Source of the DNA: Mesoplasma florum L1
Lineage (GTDB): Bacteria; Bacillota_I; Bacilli_A; Mycoplasmatales; Mycoplasmataceae
Length of the DNA stretch: 32,000 nt
NCBI RefSeq assembly: GCF_000008305.1
Contig: NC_006055.1
Span: 360,001-392,000 of the forward strand
Direction of reading: 5' to 3'
The notes below the pieces were generated by a model. The model saw only the letters and a list, made by a program, of their open reading frames with translations, did no database searches and was not told where the DNA came from. Both the position numbers and the translations under genes were made by a program. Positions 1 to 12,566 of the stretch are shown here, piece by piece (within the stretch, counting starts at the first letter, position 1; each line of letters opens with the position of its first letter).

Positions 1-1
1 A

Positions 2-757
2 AAAACTAGAACTTGTGGAATTATTACAAGAAATGGTTATGGAGTAAGATACCATATTGAAGATATTCCAGTTCAAGGAACTAATTCAAAAGGTGTTAAA
101 GCAGCTAATCTAAAAGAAGATTACATAGTTGCTGGTTTAGGATTAACAAGTGAAGATACTATTATGTATTTAACTGAAAAAGACGGAGTTAAAAAATTCA
201 GAAATGAAGATTTACCAATCTATATTAGACCAAAACGTGGAATAAGAGTATTACCAGAACGTAAACGTGGAACAGAATACATTACATTTGCATTTAACTT
301 TAATGCAAATGAAGAAAACATTATTAAAGCAATTGATACTCAAGATATGTATCAAGAAGTTAACGTTAATAAATATCGTCATATTGAATTAACTAGTGTA
401 ACTGGTGATTTTGATATTAAAGATGTTGCATTCGCTAGTTTAAGTGAAATTAATAAGGTTAAACCAAACGATATGCCCCCAGGTGCTTTAAATGCTGATG
501 ATGATGCTGAAGGATATGTGTCTAAAGAAGAAATTAGAGCACGTCAAGAAGCTAACAAAGGTAAAGTGTCAGCTAAAGTAGTGGTAAGCAAAAATATTAA
601 AGAAGAAAGCGAAAAACGTATTCAATCGTTAACTGGTGGTTTAAGTGATTTACTAGGAGATATTTCTTCAGTTTTAGGAACACCAAGCAAATCAAAACCT
701 AAAAAAGAAGTTAAAGATGAATTTCAATTAGACTTAAGTGATCTATTAGAGGAATAA
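2..757 (+). CDS. parC: DNA topoisomerase IV subunit A, C-terminal part (5' truncated by window edge)
   Basis: Frame is open from base 2: KTRTCGIITRNGYGVRYHIEDIPVQGTNSKGVKAANLKEDYIVAGLGL... matches the ParC/GyrA C-terminal beta-pinwheel. The track ORF at 164 is an internal Met. Confidence 0.85.
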   Translation, partial: KTRTCGIITRNGYGVRYHIEDIPVQGTNSKGVKAANLKEDYIVAGLGLTSEDTIMYLTEKDGVKKFRNEDLPIYIRPKRGIRVLPERKRGTEYITFAFNFNANEENIIKAIDTQDMYQEVNVNKYRHIELTSVTGDFDIKDVAFASLSEINKVKPNDMPPGALNADDDAEGYVSKEEIRARQEANKGKVSAKVVVSKNIKEESEKRIQSLTGGLSDLLGDISSVLGTPSKSKPKKEVKDEFQLDLSDLLEE

Positions 758-766
758 GGAGTTACT

Positions 767-1525
767 ATGGAGTCTTTAATTCATAAAATTGAAAAATACA
801 AGAATCATGATGATTCTAAAATTCAATCAATAATTTCTAAAGTTCTTTACCAAAATTTTTTCAGTGGAAATTTTTTAACAATCAAAGAATTAGCTGAAGA
901 ATGCAATGTTTCAGAATCAACAATAACAGTTTATTCAAAAAATTTAGGTTATTCAGGATATAGAGAATTATTAATCTTACTTAAAATGGAAAATAATTTT
1001 TATAATAAAACTTTTCAAAGCGAAATTGGAGCAAAAAGTGATAAGCAAAAAATAAATAAGTATAGAGAAATTTTAAATGAATTTTTAAATGAACAAAAAA
1101 AAGAAGATGAAAAAATAATTAAATTAGTTGCTAACATGAAAAAGGCAAATAAAATTGTTATAAATTCTAGTTATCAGTTAGATGATATAGCAAATTATTT
1201 TAAAGATCTATTATCATTAAAGTTTGACAATGTTTTAAAAAATGAATTAAAACTTTTTGCTTATAAAAATGCTCAAAATTTAACTGAGAAAGATTTAGCA
1301 ATATTTTTTGTTTCAGGTCAAGACAATGAAATGATGCAATATATTTTTGCTGTAACAAAAAAAATGACTAAAAATATTTTTATTTTTTCTTCAAGAAGTC
1401 AAATAGAAAAATTTGATATGCAAGAAAATGTAATTATTTTAGATGTTCCTAAATTAGGGAGCGATCATACATATAGAAGAATTATTTTAGATAACTATGT
1501 TTCAATAATTTCGTTATTATTGTAA
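767..1525 (+). CDS. RpiR/MurR-family transcriptional regulator (HTH + SIS-like domain)
   Basis: N-terminal HTH 'FLTIKELAEECNVSESTITVYSKNLGYSGYRELL' is typical of the RpiR HTH_6 domain; lies directly upstream of PTS and phospho-beta-glucosidase genes. Confidence 0.85.
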   Translation: MESLIHKIEKYKNHDDSKIQSIISKVLYQNFFSGNFLTIKELAEECNVSESTITVYSKNLGYSGYRELLILLKMENNFYNKTFQSEIGAKSDKQKINKYREILNEFLNEQKKEDEKIIKLVANMKKANKIVINSSYQLDDIANYFKDLLSLKFDNVLKNELKLFAYKNAQNLTEKDLAIFFVSGQDNEMMQYIFAVTKKMTKNIFIFSSRSQIEKFDMQENVIILDVPKLGSDHTYRRIILDNYVSIISLLL

Positions 1526-1558
1526 AAACCACTTTAAAAAAATAAAAGTGGTTTTTTT
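1524..1558 (+). terminator. Rho-independent terminator
   Basis: Stem aaaccacttt / aaagtggttt followed by a T-run. Confidence 0.8.
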
Positions 1559-1621
1559 GTTTGCTTTCTTTTAAGTTTTAAAAAGATTAAAAAATAATAT
1601 TTAAGTGAAAGGAAAAAAAGT

Positions 1622-4171
1622 ATGAAAAATAAAAAAATTATCATTTATGCTCCTGTAAATGGAGTTATAGGTAAAATTAAAGACTTAAAAGATGGTGTTT
1701 TTTCAGAAGGAATGCTTGGTGAAGGGGTTTATATAATTCCTGAATCAAAAGAATTTTATTCACCTATTGATAAAGGTGAGTTAAAACTTGTTACAGCTAC
1801 TAAGCACGCTTATTATTTTGAACATGAAAATGGTCCTAATATTCTTATGCATATTAGTTTAGATACTGAAAAACATCAAGGTAAACCCTTTAAAACATTA
1901 TCAAATGTTGGAGATAAGTTGACTTTAGCAACTAAAATTGTTTCAGTTGATTTACAAATGTGTAAAAAACAAGATGTTAATGTTGCAACACCTATATTAA
2001 TTGACACAAAAGAGTTTTCTGAATGAAAATTTAAACCGTTAGACTTAAAAGGAAAAGTTAAAAGAGGCCAACCTATAGGAGAATTTGTTAAAGTTGAAGA
2101 GAAAAAAATAAATGAAGAAAGTAATGATCTAACTACTTTTGAATTTAAAAATAAATATGAAAAATCTGCAGAAAGTATATATGAATACATAGGGACTGAG
2201 TCTAATTATTCAAAAGTTTATAATTGTATGACTAGACTTCGTTTTTATGTAAAAGATAAACAAATTGTTAACACAGAAGCAATAAAAAAAATGCCAATAG
2301 TAAAAGGTGTTAATTGAAATGGAGAAGAAATTCAAATAATTATTGGAGGAGAAGTTCAAAAAGTTAAAGATGCTTTTGAAAATTATGTTTCAAATAAAAA
2401 TATATCAAAAACTTCTAAAAAACAAGAAGGTTTTGAACAGAAAATAAAACCTAAAAAACCAATGAAAGAAGCTATTTTAGGTGCAATCTCTGGTATTATG
2501 GTTCCAACTTTACCTGTATTTATAACAGTTGGTATGTTAATGGGACTTAAAGCAATACTTGTGCAGGCAGGAGCAATGCCTGAAATAGTAACAGGAATAG
2601 CAAAAGAAGGACAAGTTTCTCTAACAGATGCAGATGTTTTTTCAGCAATATTTTTTATAATAACTGAAATTGCTTTTAAATTTCTAGGGATATTTATTGG
2701 TTATAACACCATGAAATATTTGGGTGGTAATACAATAATGTCAATATTAATAGGATTAGCATTAGCTAATCCATACATATGACAAGGAACTTCATGACCT
2801 TTATTTACAATTGGTTCAACTACAATTAAGGTTCAAGCATTTACAAGTTCTATAATGCCACATATAGCTGCAAATATAATATTCTTTTATCTAGACAAAT
2901 GAATAAAAACGTGAATGCCTTCTGTAGTAGATATAATTTTTAGACCAATGATCGCATTTTTAACAACTATGTTATTAGCATTCTTTATTGTTGGTCCATC
3001 TTTATTTTTAGTTGAACAAGGACTTGCAGTTATTGTTGGATGATTAGGATCAATTCCGTTTGGAATTGGAGTAGCTATATATGCTATATTATGGCAACCT
3101 TTTGTTATATCAGGTATGCATATAGCAATAGCTATGCCTTTATCAATTGGATTAATGCAGGGTACACCTCAAGTTATTTCACCTGCTATTATGTATGGTT
3201 GTTACGGTCAACTTGGAGCAATGATTGGGGTTATGATAATGACTAAAAACTCACAACTAAAAGCAACTTGTATAGCTAATTTAACACCTGGTGTTATTGC
3301 TATTACTGAACCTATAATTTATGGAATTACTTTACCAAAAGGAAGACCTTTTATAGCAGGTTGTTTAGGCGCTGGTTTGGCAGGTTTATTTTCTGGAATT
3401 TTAAACGTTAGATTAATGCATTCAGGAGGATATGGTATTTTCTCAATAGTAGGTTATATCGCTGGTGGTCCAATGAATGTAGCAATGTTTGTTGTTTCTT
3501 TATTAATAGCTGCCTCATCTGCTGCAATTATTTGTTTGTTTATTTATCAAGAAAGACCTTCAGAATTAAAATCAATTAAAAAAATTAGCAGAGTAATTAT
3601 TAAAAATTATGCATTAAAAACTGGTTTAAAAAATAATGAAGTTGAAAAATTGCTTGATGAAAAATTATCTTTAATACAAAATTTTGTTAAAAAAGATGAT
3701 ATAGAAAAAATCAAAAAAGTTGAAGATAGTTATATTAAAATTTCAAAACTAGAAGCAACAATAGATTTATTAAATTCTAAAGATGAAAAAGCTCAACAAA
3801 AATTGAATGAAAAAATGATTAGAGCAAATGAAAAAAATAACTTATTAAATGCTAAAAAAATTTATGACGAATTAGTAAACTTCAAACAAAATTCTAAAAT
3901 TGAGAAATTAATAAATGAATTAAATGAAGTAAAAAAAGCCAATGTTAATTTGGAAAACTGATTAAAAGATCATCAAGATAAATTTATGGAGTTAACTAAT
4001 GAAATTTTACTTAAAATATCAAAAGAAATAGAACTTAATGATATTAATGATTTAAATAGCAATTATTTTAATGCAATACATTCAATTGATATAAATTACT
4101 TAATAACTGAAAAACAAGAAACATTTTTTAATCAAAAAAATGTTAAAAAAAATCTTTTAAATAATAGATAG
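1622..4171 (+). CDS. PTS EIIABC, beta-glucoside/glucose-family, with long C-terminal charged extension
   Basis: One code-4 frame joins the track pieces 1622, 2462, 3116 and 3986. EIIA motifs TKHAYYF...ILMHISLDT, EIIB NCMTRLRF, EIIC 'GMHIAIAMP...GVIAITEPIIYG'. RBS aaagga upstream. Confidence 0.9.
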
Positions 4172-4182
4172 AGAGAATAAAT

Positions 4183-5592
4183 ATGGAAATTAAAAAACTT
4201 AAAAAATTTGATGATGATTTTTTGTGAGGCGCTTCAATTTCTGCTTTTCAGGCAGAAGGTGCTTCAACAAAAGATGGTAAAGGTTTATCAATTCAAGATG
4301 TTAAAAAAATTAGTGAAAAATATTCTGATTTTTCAGTAGCTGCGGATTTCTATAATAATTACAAAGAGGATATTGCTTTGCTTAAAGAAATGGGATTGTC
4401 ATCTTTCAGATTTTCAATCTCTTGAACCCGTATTATTCCTGATGGAGATGGTGAAATAAATAAAAAAGGAATTATTTTTTATCATAACTTAATAGATGAG
4501 TTAAAGAAAAATGGGATTGAACCAATTGTTACAATATATCATTTTGACTTACCTTTTTCATTACAACAAAAAGGTGGCTGAAGTAATCGTGATATGATAG
4601 TAAAAGCTTTCTTAAAATATTCAAAAGTGTTATTTAATGAATATGCTAAAAAAGTTAAGTATTGGCTAACAATAAATGAACAAAATGTCATGATAATGAT
4701 AGGAAGCAAAATGAAGTTTTTAAATGGAGGAGATAAAAAATTCAATCAAAATGAGCTTTATAATCAATCTCATAATATGTTTATTGCGCAAGCATTAGTT
4801 ATGGAAGAGATGCATAATAATTTTCCTAATTGTTTAATAGCACCTGCTTTAAACATTGTTTCAATTTATCCCAATTCAAATAAACCTCAAGATTACTTAG
4901 CAGCAATGAATGCATCTGTTATGAGAAATTGATATTATTTAGATGCTATTGTTAGAGGCGAATATAACCCAATAATGTATAAATATTTAGAAGACAATAA
5001 TTTTTTACCTGATTTTAGAAAAGGTGATTATGAAATTCTAAAAAAAGCTAAGCCTGATTTTATAGCGTTTAACTATTATACTTCTGCAACAGTAAAAAGT
5101 GAAATTAATAATTTTATTGAAGTTGAAGAATTAATTGATCAACAAAGATTATTTGATGTGCCTGGTATGTTTAGTTATTGTGAAAATCCAAATTTAGAAA
5201 AAACTGAATATGGTTGAGATATTGATTCAACTGGTTTTAGGGTAACAATGAGGGAAATGTATGAAAGATATAGACTACCTTTAATGATTACTGAAAATGG
5301 ATTAGGACATTCAGAGCAATTAAACGAAAATAATACTGTAGATGATGATTATAGAATTCAATATTATGAAAAACATTTAAATGAATTAAGAAAATGTATT
5401 TCAGAAGGAATAAAAATTATCTCATATAATGCTTGAACAGCTATTGATATTGTTTCATCTCATCAAGGTTTTTCAAAAAGATACGGTTTTATTTATGTTG
5501 ATAGAACAGAAAAAGATTTGAAGGAAATGAAAAGATATCCCAAAAAAAGTTTTTATTGATATAAAGAATATATTAAAAAAATAAAATATTAA
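4183..5592 (+). CDS. 6-phospho-beta-glucosidase, glycoside hydrolase family 1
   Basis: Code-4 ORF: '[19 protein letters not shown]', '[23 protein letters not shown]', 'MITENGLG'. Directly downstream of the PTS gene. Confidence 0.9.
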
Positions 5593-5613
5593 TTTTTTAA
5601 TTCTAATTTTAAG

Positions 5614-5655
5614 TGTAGTACTTATGGCATGATTTCCTAAGTACTACATTTTTGT
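5614..5655 (+). terminator. Rho-independent terminator
   Basis: 11-bp stem tgtagtactta / taagtactaca followed by tttttg. Confidence 0.75.
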
Positions 5656-5663
5656 TTAAAAGT

Positions 5664-8411
5664 ATGAGAAAATTAACAAAACATGGAGAACAAATGAAAG
5701 AAAAACTATTTACAAATAAAGATGAACAAAAATTACTAGAAGAAATAAATAATGAAATATTAACTTCTAATGAAGTTTATTTAATTTATCCTTTTATATC
5801 TAAAAGTATCCTTAATAAAATAGCTCCAACTTTTGAATTCTGTGCAAAAAACAATATTCAAATTAAAATTATCTCAACAACATTTGATGATCTAGCTCAA
5901 TATAATAATTTGAATGAACTTAAACTATTAGCTGATAAGTATTCTAATATCAAAATAAAAATAGAAGATAACTTAGAAAGAACTAGTGAAAGAATTCATA
6001 TAAAAGCTTCAATTTTTAAACGAAATCATGAATTATCAACTGCAATTATGGGTTCTTCTAATTTAACTGTTAAGGGAATGATTTCTGGAAGAGAATGAAA
6101 TATTAAATTAACAGAACAAAATAATAAAGAATTAATTAATAAAATGATTAATGAATTTGATAATTTATGAAATGAAGAATTTGTTGATTTTTCAAATGAG
6201 TTTGAAAGAGAATTATTAATTCAAAAGATTAAAGAAAACCAGCAAGCAGTAGTTCAATCAAAAATAGAATTATTATCTAATAATTTAACTAAAAAATACT
6301 TATATAAATTTCAAAAAGAAATTATTGATAAACTAAGTTATCGAAGACATATTAATAAAAATAAAAACTTAGTCATTATGGCCACAGGAACAGGCAAAAC
6401 ACTAGTTTCTGCATTTGATTACAAAAGACAATCAGGACAAGCTAAAAAGGACCTTAAAATCCTATTTTTAGCACATCAAAGAGAAATAGTTGACCAAGCA
6501 ATCAAAACTTATCGCCATGTGCTTGAGAATAATAAATTTGGTGAAGTTATGTATGATGGAAGTATTAATAGTGAAAAACCAATTCACCTATTTGCAACAA
6601 TTCAAACCTTGTCCACAAGATTGAATAAATTCAAACCAAACGATTTTGACATTATTGTATATGATGAAGCTCATCATATAGCAGCAAATACTTTTGATAA
6701 AGTATTTAACTATTTTAAACCTCAACAAATCTTAGGTTTAACAGCAACTCCTGAAAGAGAAGACAATAAAGATATTAAAGCATATTTTGATGATGAATAT
6801 GCTACTGAATTAAGACTATGAGATGCTATTGATCAAAAACTATTATGTCCATTTGATTATTATTGTATAGATGATACTAATACTAATTTACAAGGAGTTA
6901 ATTTAAACTCTGATAAAGATATTTTTAAAGTAGTTAACACTGATTCTAGAAATGAATTGTTATTTAAAACAATTGAAAAATATTTAGGTGTTTATGCAAG
7001 ACCAACAGCATTAATCTTTTGTGTTACAGTAGAACATGCTATTAATATATCAAATTACTTAAACTCAAAGAATTTAAAAGCAGAAGTTTTAACTTCACAA
7101 AATACAAAAGATCGTAAAAGAATCTTACATGAATTTAGTACAGGAAGAATTAACTATTTATGTGTTGTTAATATTTTTAATGAAGGAGTAGATATTCCTG
7201 AAATTAATACTATTATTTTGTTAAGACCAACAAATTCTAAAACAGTATATTTACAACAACTTGGTAGAGGTTTAAGAAAAACAGAACTTAAAAATAAACT
7301 AGAAGTATATGATCTAATTTCTAATATAGATAATAAATATGATATTACTTTAGGAATTAGAAATTTATTTAATCCTGCTATTAGAAGTAGTAAGTCAATT
7401 AGTGCTAAAGAAGGTTTACCTTATAATTGCACAATTAACTTAGAAAAGCATACTGAAGAAATTATTATTAACAGTATGAAGAGTTGATATTTAAATAAAA
7501 ACTCAATGAAATCATATATTGTTGAATATTATGAAAGATTTAAAGAAAAAGCTCTTAATAATATATTGAAAGATTATGATTTAACTTTAATAGATTTTTA
7601 TAATAATTTAGATAACTTATTTATACCAATTGCTAAACAAATTAATAACTTTAATCAAAATGAAAATAACACTAATAGAAACAAAAACATTTTAAAACAG
7701 TTTTTATTCTTAAATAATCATAAAATTATTGATTACTTTTATAAAAGACTATCAAACCAATTATCAAGTAATGAAATTAACTTAGACTTAGATAATTTAT
7801 TAATTACTTCTTGTTTATATGAAATAACTAGTTTTGATAAATTTTTAGATATTTATCCTAACTATTTAAAAATTAATGATTTAGTAAAAAACTTTATTGA
7901 TGAGCATAAAGTGATTGTAGAAGAGTTAGTAATGATTCTTAAATACAAATTAGATAATGAAACTTTAATTTTTGAAAACGAGTATGAAATAGGATTGAAT
8001 ATAAATTCAACTTATACTGTAAAACAAGTTTTATCATTAGTTAATCGTACTAACTTTTTACATTATCGAACTGAAATGAAAGTTTTGACATTTCAAGCAG
8101 GGTTTTTAACTTTTGATAACTCAAAACAAATCATTTTAGCTGATGAAGACAGTGATAATTATGGTAAAAAAACTAAATATGATGAATTGAATAATATATT
8201 CTATTGATCTTTACCTGAAAAAATGACAATTAAAAATAAAATAGTTAGTGATTTTGAAAATGAATATATTAAAAAATACTTGTTTATTCAAGATCAACAA
8301 AACGTCAACAAAAAGAACTTATATTTAAAGCTTTATAAATTTGTAGGTATTGGTAAATTTGAAAAAATGTTAATTGATGATGTTCTTACAGCTAAATTTA
8401 AGTTAAAATAA
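5664..8411 (+). CDS. SF2 DEAD/DEAH-type helicase with N-terminal phospholipase D-like domain and a DUF3427-like C-terminal region
   Basis: Code-4 frame joins six track ORFs. N-terminal 'IHIKASIFKRNHELSTAIMGSSNLTVKGM' is an HKD-like motif; then 'MATGTGKTL' (Walker A), 'YDEAHH' (DEAH), 'LTATPER', 'FNEGVDIPEINTIILLRPTNSKTVYLQQLGRGLR' (motif VI). Confidence 0.85.
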
Positions 8412-8443
8412 ACTAAATTAAAGTATTAAAGGCGGAAACAATA

Positions 8444-9466
8444 ATGGAAAATATAAATTACAAAAAAGCAAAGAAACAAATTAGAAAATATAAATATACT
8501 TTTTTAAAAGTTTTAGGAACAATTATCTTATTTCCTATAGTTTTTATTGTTAGTGCCATACTATCAAAATTCTTTACTCCATACTTATTCAAATATCCAA
8601 GGGCAGGTACTGATGAAAACGGACAAGAAGTAAATACTTTAAATCATTACTTAACAGATATAAAAGAAAAGAAACTAAAAAATTGAGAACTTACTAAAGA
8701 TCAAATTGAAGAATTTGAAATAGGGTCAAAAGAAGCAAGTATAAGTTGTTTAATCTTGAAAAATAATTCAAATAAATGAGTTGTTGCATTACACGGATTT
8801 AAAAGAAATAAGTATATGGGTGTTAGAAACGCTATTCAATTTTATAAAAAGGGATATAACGTAATATCATTTGATGCATATGCTCATGGTAAAACATATG
8901 GTAAATATTCTGATCTTGGAGTAACAAATTCAAAAGTTTTAAATGAAGTTATTAATTGAGTTAAAAATAATAATGATGTTGATGAGTTAGGTATTATTGG
9001 GGTAAGTATGGGAGCAGCTACAGCTGTTTATTGAGCACAACAATATTATCAAGTAAATAAAATCGATTGATTAATTTCAGATTGTGCTTTAACTCAACCA
9101 GTAGAACAAATTAGATTTTTCTTAAAAAAATACTTTAAGTGATTACCTTGATGAATTTCATCATTTAAAATTAATTGATTCTTCAAAAGATATTCAAAAA
9201 CTAATTTAAAAGATATGAATTTACAGAATAATTTAAATTCATTTAGAGATTTACCAGTTTTATTTATTCATGGTAAATTAGATTCATTTATTGATTATAA
9301 TAATTCAATAGTTATGTATTGTGAAAAAAGTAAAGATTCAAATAATAATAAAATTAAAATATTTGATGATTCAGAGCACAGCAGTTCAATAGTTGATCAT
9401 CAAGAAGAATATATATTAATAACAATTGATTTTGTAAGAGAAATAATGAGAAAAAATAAAAAGTAA
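8444..9466 (+). CDS. Alpha/beta hydrolase, membrane anchored
   Basis: N-terminal TM 'LGTIILFPIVFIVSAILSKF', 'VVALHGFKRNK', nucleophile elbow 'GVSMGAA', 'LPVLFIHGKLDSFI', 'DDSEHSSS'. Confidence 0.8.
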
Positions 9467-9467
9467 A

Positions 9468-9492
9468 TAAACACCAAATGGTGTTTTTTATT
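9468..9492 (+). terminator. Rho-independent terminator
   Basis: aaacacc aaat(g) ggtgttt stem followed by a T-rich tail. Confidence 0.65.
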
Positions 9493-9529
9493 TTAACTTT
9501 AAAGGAATTCAATTTAATCATAAAATAAG

Positions 9530-9535
9530 TATAAT
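9530..9535 (+). promoter_or_regulatory. Probable -10 box (TATAAT) for the GntR gene
   Basis: Exact TATAAT overlaps the track start codon at 9534, favouring the in-frame ATG at 9561, which has GAGG upstream. Confidence 0.45.
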
Positions 9536-9560
9536 GATATTAGAAATGAGGTTTTTTCAA

Positions 9561-10232
9561 ATGGATCATGGTTATATATATTCTTACATTGAAAATAAAA
9601 TACTAAGTAATGAATTTAGTGCAGACCAAAAAATGCTTTCAGAAAATCAAATATGCATAAAATTTAATGTTTCAAGAACTTTAGCTAGAGATGTTTACAA
9701 GGAATTAGTAGTTGATGGTTATCTGTATAGTATTCATGGTAAGGGGTATTTTGTAAATGACAAAAAATACTGAATGAAAAATATAGGATTAGATAAAAAG
9801 TATCCTCATTCAGAATATAAAAATGAAATTCTTGACTTCAAAATTGAATTACCTAATTGATTTGTTGAAAATTATAAATTAAATAAAAATGATTATAATT
9901 GTTTTACAAAAGCAAGATATTTAAATAATAAACAAAGACATTTATCATATGTTTTTTTGAATAATAAACTAATTTTAAATATGGATCTTAAAGAAATAAA
10001 AAAATCAGTTGTTAATTATCTAAAAAAAGATTTTGAATTTAAAAAATCATATAATTTTATCAAAATAGAAAAAGCTACAAAATTTGATGCTGATTTTTTT
10101 AGTATTAATGAAAATGATTTTATTGTTTGTCAATATTCCGTAATTTATCATAATGATGAAATAGTATTGCAATGCTCATTAGATAAAAGACCAATTGAAT
10201 ATTTAAATTTTGGATACATAGCAAACGTTTAA
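9561..10232 (+). CDS. GntR-family transcriptional regulator (HutC/UTRA type)
   Basis: 'IYSYIENKILSNEFSADQKMLSENQICIKFNVSRTLARDVYKELVVDGYLYSIHGKGYFV' is a GntR winged helix. Continues in code 4 to 10232. Upstream of a GH31 + PTS pair. Confidence 0.85.
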
Positions 10233-10235
10233 AAT

Positions 10236-10249
10236 CTTGTTACTACAAG
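10236..10249. promoter_or_regulatory. Candidate operator for the adjacent GntR regulator
   Basis: Inverted repeat CTTGT-TACT-ACAAG immediately upstream of the predicted -35 of the next gene. Confidence 0.35.
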
Positions 10250-10277
10250 TTACACTCACTAAAACCAATTTTATAAT
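10250..10277 (+). promoter_or_regulatory. Predicted promoter for GH31-PTS operon
   Basis: TTACAC (10250-10255), 16-nt spacer, TATAAT (10272-10277). Confidence 0.5.
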
Positions 10278-10297
10278 AATAATGTGAGGTGACAAAA

Positions 10298-12556
10298 ATG
10301 TCTATAAGAGATAATATAACAAAAAAACAATATGCATATAATTGTGTAGAACATGAAAGAATTTTTTCTATTGAGTCAAACTATGCTATTGCATTAAGAT
10401 TAAGTGACGTTTGAGAAGAAGGCAATAAGCTTTATGTGGAAGTTACTTTTAATAATTTTCAAAAAGCTTATTTATCATTTGCTGAATATGAAAATGGAAT
10501 AGTTAATATAAGATATTGACAAAAACAAATCCCAGTAAATAGATATTATGATAAAAACCATGAAAACATGGTCACAACAAAAATAAAATATAAAAATGAT
10601 AAAAATGAAATAGTAATTTCATTAAAAAATGGTGAAAATATTATTATTACAAAAAATAAATTCCAATTAGCATTAGTAGACGTTAATGGTGAGATAAAAA
10701 CAAAAACTTCTTTAAGACCAGGATGAGATCATTTAGAAGGATATTGCACACCACCTTTAGGATTTAAAATTGATGATAATATTCAAAAGCCATTTATGAC
10801 AATGCAGTTAGCTAGTGAAGAGTTAATTTATGGGTTAGGTGAAAAATTTAACAATTTTGTTAAAAACGGTGTTCAATCAACTATTTTTAATGTAGATAAT
10901 GAAGCTGTTTCAAATGGTGATTATGCTTATTCAGGAGTACCTTTAGTATATTCTTCAAGAAATTGAGGATTACTATTAAATACAGCTCATAAAACAGAGT
11001 GAGAAATTGGTTCACCAACAACCGAAAGTTTATCGTTTATGTCTACAGAAGAATGTTTAGATATAATTTTATTTTCAGGAGATTCATTAAAAGATTTAGT
11101 TAAACAATATACTTTATTTACAGGTAGAATAACTGGTGTTCCAGATGAAGCCTATGGATTATGATTAAACAGACTTTATTATCATAATAAAAAAGAATTA
11201 TTTACTGAAATTGAAAATTCAATAAAAAATGAGTATCCAATAGATGTATTTACATTGGATCCAAAATGAATCAAAAATAGATATACAAAATCATGTAATT
11301 TTGAATTCAATGACGATCAATTTGGAGATTTAGAAACAATGCTTAGCGAAGTCCACGAAAAAGGATTTAAAATGTGTTTCTGAATAAACCCTTATTTACA
11401 AATAGATAACTCTGAAATGTGAAATGAAGTTTACGAAAAAGGTTATCATGTTAAAAAAGCTGATGGAAGTATTGCACATATTTGAAGTGGTTTTGGTAAT
11501 TACCAAGAAACAGCTTCAGCTATAGATTTAACAAATCCAGATGCTGTAGTATATTGAAAAAATAAAATAAAAGATTTAATGTACAAAGGTGTAGATTTTA
11601 TTAAAACTGATTATGGTGATAGTGTTGATGAAGACGCTGTAATGTTTAACGGTGAAAAAGGAACAAATTTTAAAAATGCTTATGCTGAATTATATCTAAG
11701 ATATGTTTATGAAGCAACTCAAGAAGTGAAAGGTATAGATAAAGGTTTCTGTTTATCAAGACCTGGATATATTGGAACACAAAAATATGTTGGAAAATGA
11801 GCTGGAGATTCAGCATCAAGTTTTAATGAACTAAAAATGCAATTACTTTCTGGTTTATCAAATTCACTTTGTGGAACAGTAATGTGAGGAACTGATATAG
11901 GTGGCTTTTTAGATATTAACGCTAATGAAGAAGACTTGTATGCAAGATGATCACAATTTGGTTTATTGACACCTTTTTCAAGATACCATGGTGTTGGAGC
12001 AAGAGAACCTTGATATTTTGGAGAAAAAGACTTAAATATTTCTAGAGAAGCCGCTAAATTAAAAAGACAATTACTTCCTTACTATAAAATCTATGAAAAA
12101 GAAGCTATTGAATCAGGATTACCAATAATAAGACCTTTAGTTCTTGAATTCCCTAATGATACAATTGCTGCTAAAATAGATGATCAATTTATGTTGGGTG
12201 AAAATATTATGGTTGCTCCTATTTTAAGTAATAAAAAATATGAAAGACAAGTTTATTTCCCTGAAGGAAACTGAATTGATTTTTCAGATAAAAAAATTTA
12301 TGAAGGTAACAAAAAATATAATATTGATTGTCCAATTGAAAAAATACTAATCTTTGTTAAAGAAAATTCAATTATACCTATGATTAAAAATCCTATGTAT
12401 AAATTTAACAATATAGATAATGAAAAAATTAAATTAAGAATCTATGGAAATGTTTTAAATGAAACATTAAAATTTAGAATAAATGACAAAGACTACTCTG
12501 TTGAAGTGAGAGACAACAAAATAGTTAATGAAAATGAAAAATTCGAAGTAGAATAA
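10298..12556 (+). CDS. Glycoside hydrolase family 31 (alpha-glucosidase/alpha-xylosidase-like)
   Basis: Code-4 ORF: 'SRNWGLLLNT', 'PIDVFTLDPKW', nucleophile motif 'GVDFIKTDYGD', 'KWAGDSASSF' acid/base region, 'VMWGTDIGGF', 'RWSQFGLLTPFSRYHG'. Confidence 0.88.
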
Positions 12557-12566
12557 GGTGAAATTT

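Noticed and set aside
1876-2190. Minus-strand ORF inside the first PTS gene
   Set aside because: Antisense to a well-supported EIIAB coding region; no recognisable motif, a shadow ORF.
3040-3246. 68-aa plus-strand ORF in an alternative frame inside EIIC
   Set aside because: Overlaps the conserved EIIC reading frame; residue composition (Ser/Tyr/Cys rich) looks like an out-of-frame shadow.
5652-5663. TTG start at 5652 for the helicase
   Set aside because: It lies in the T-rich tail of the upstream terminator; the ATG at 5664 or a downstream Met is more plausible.
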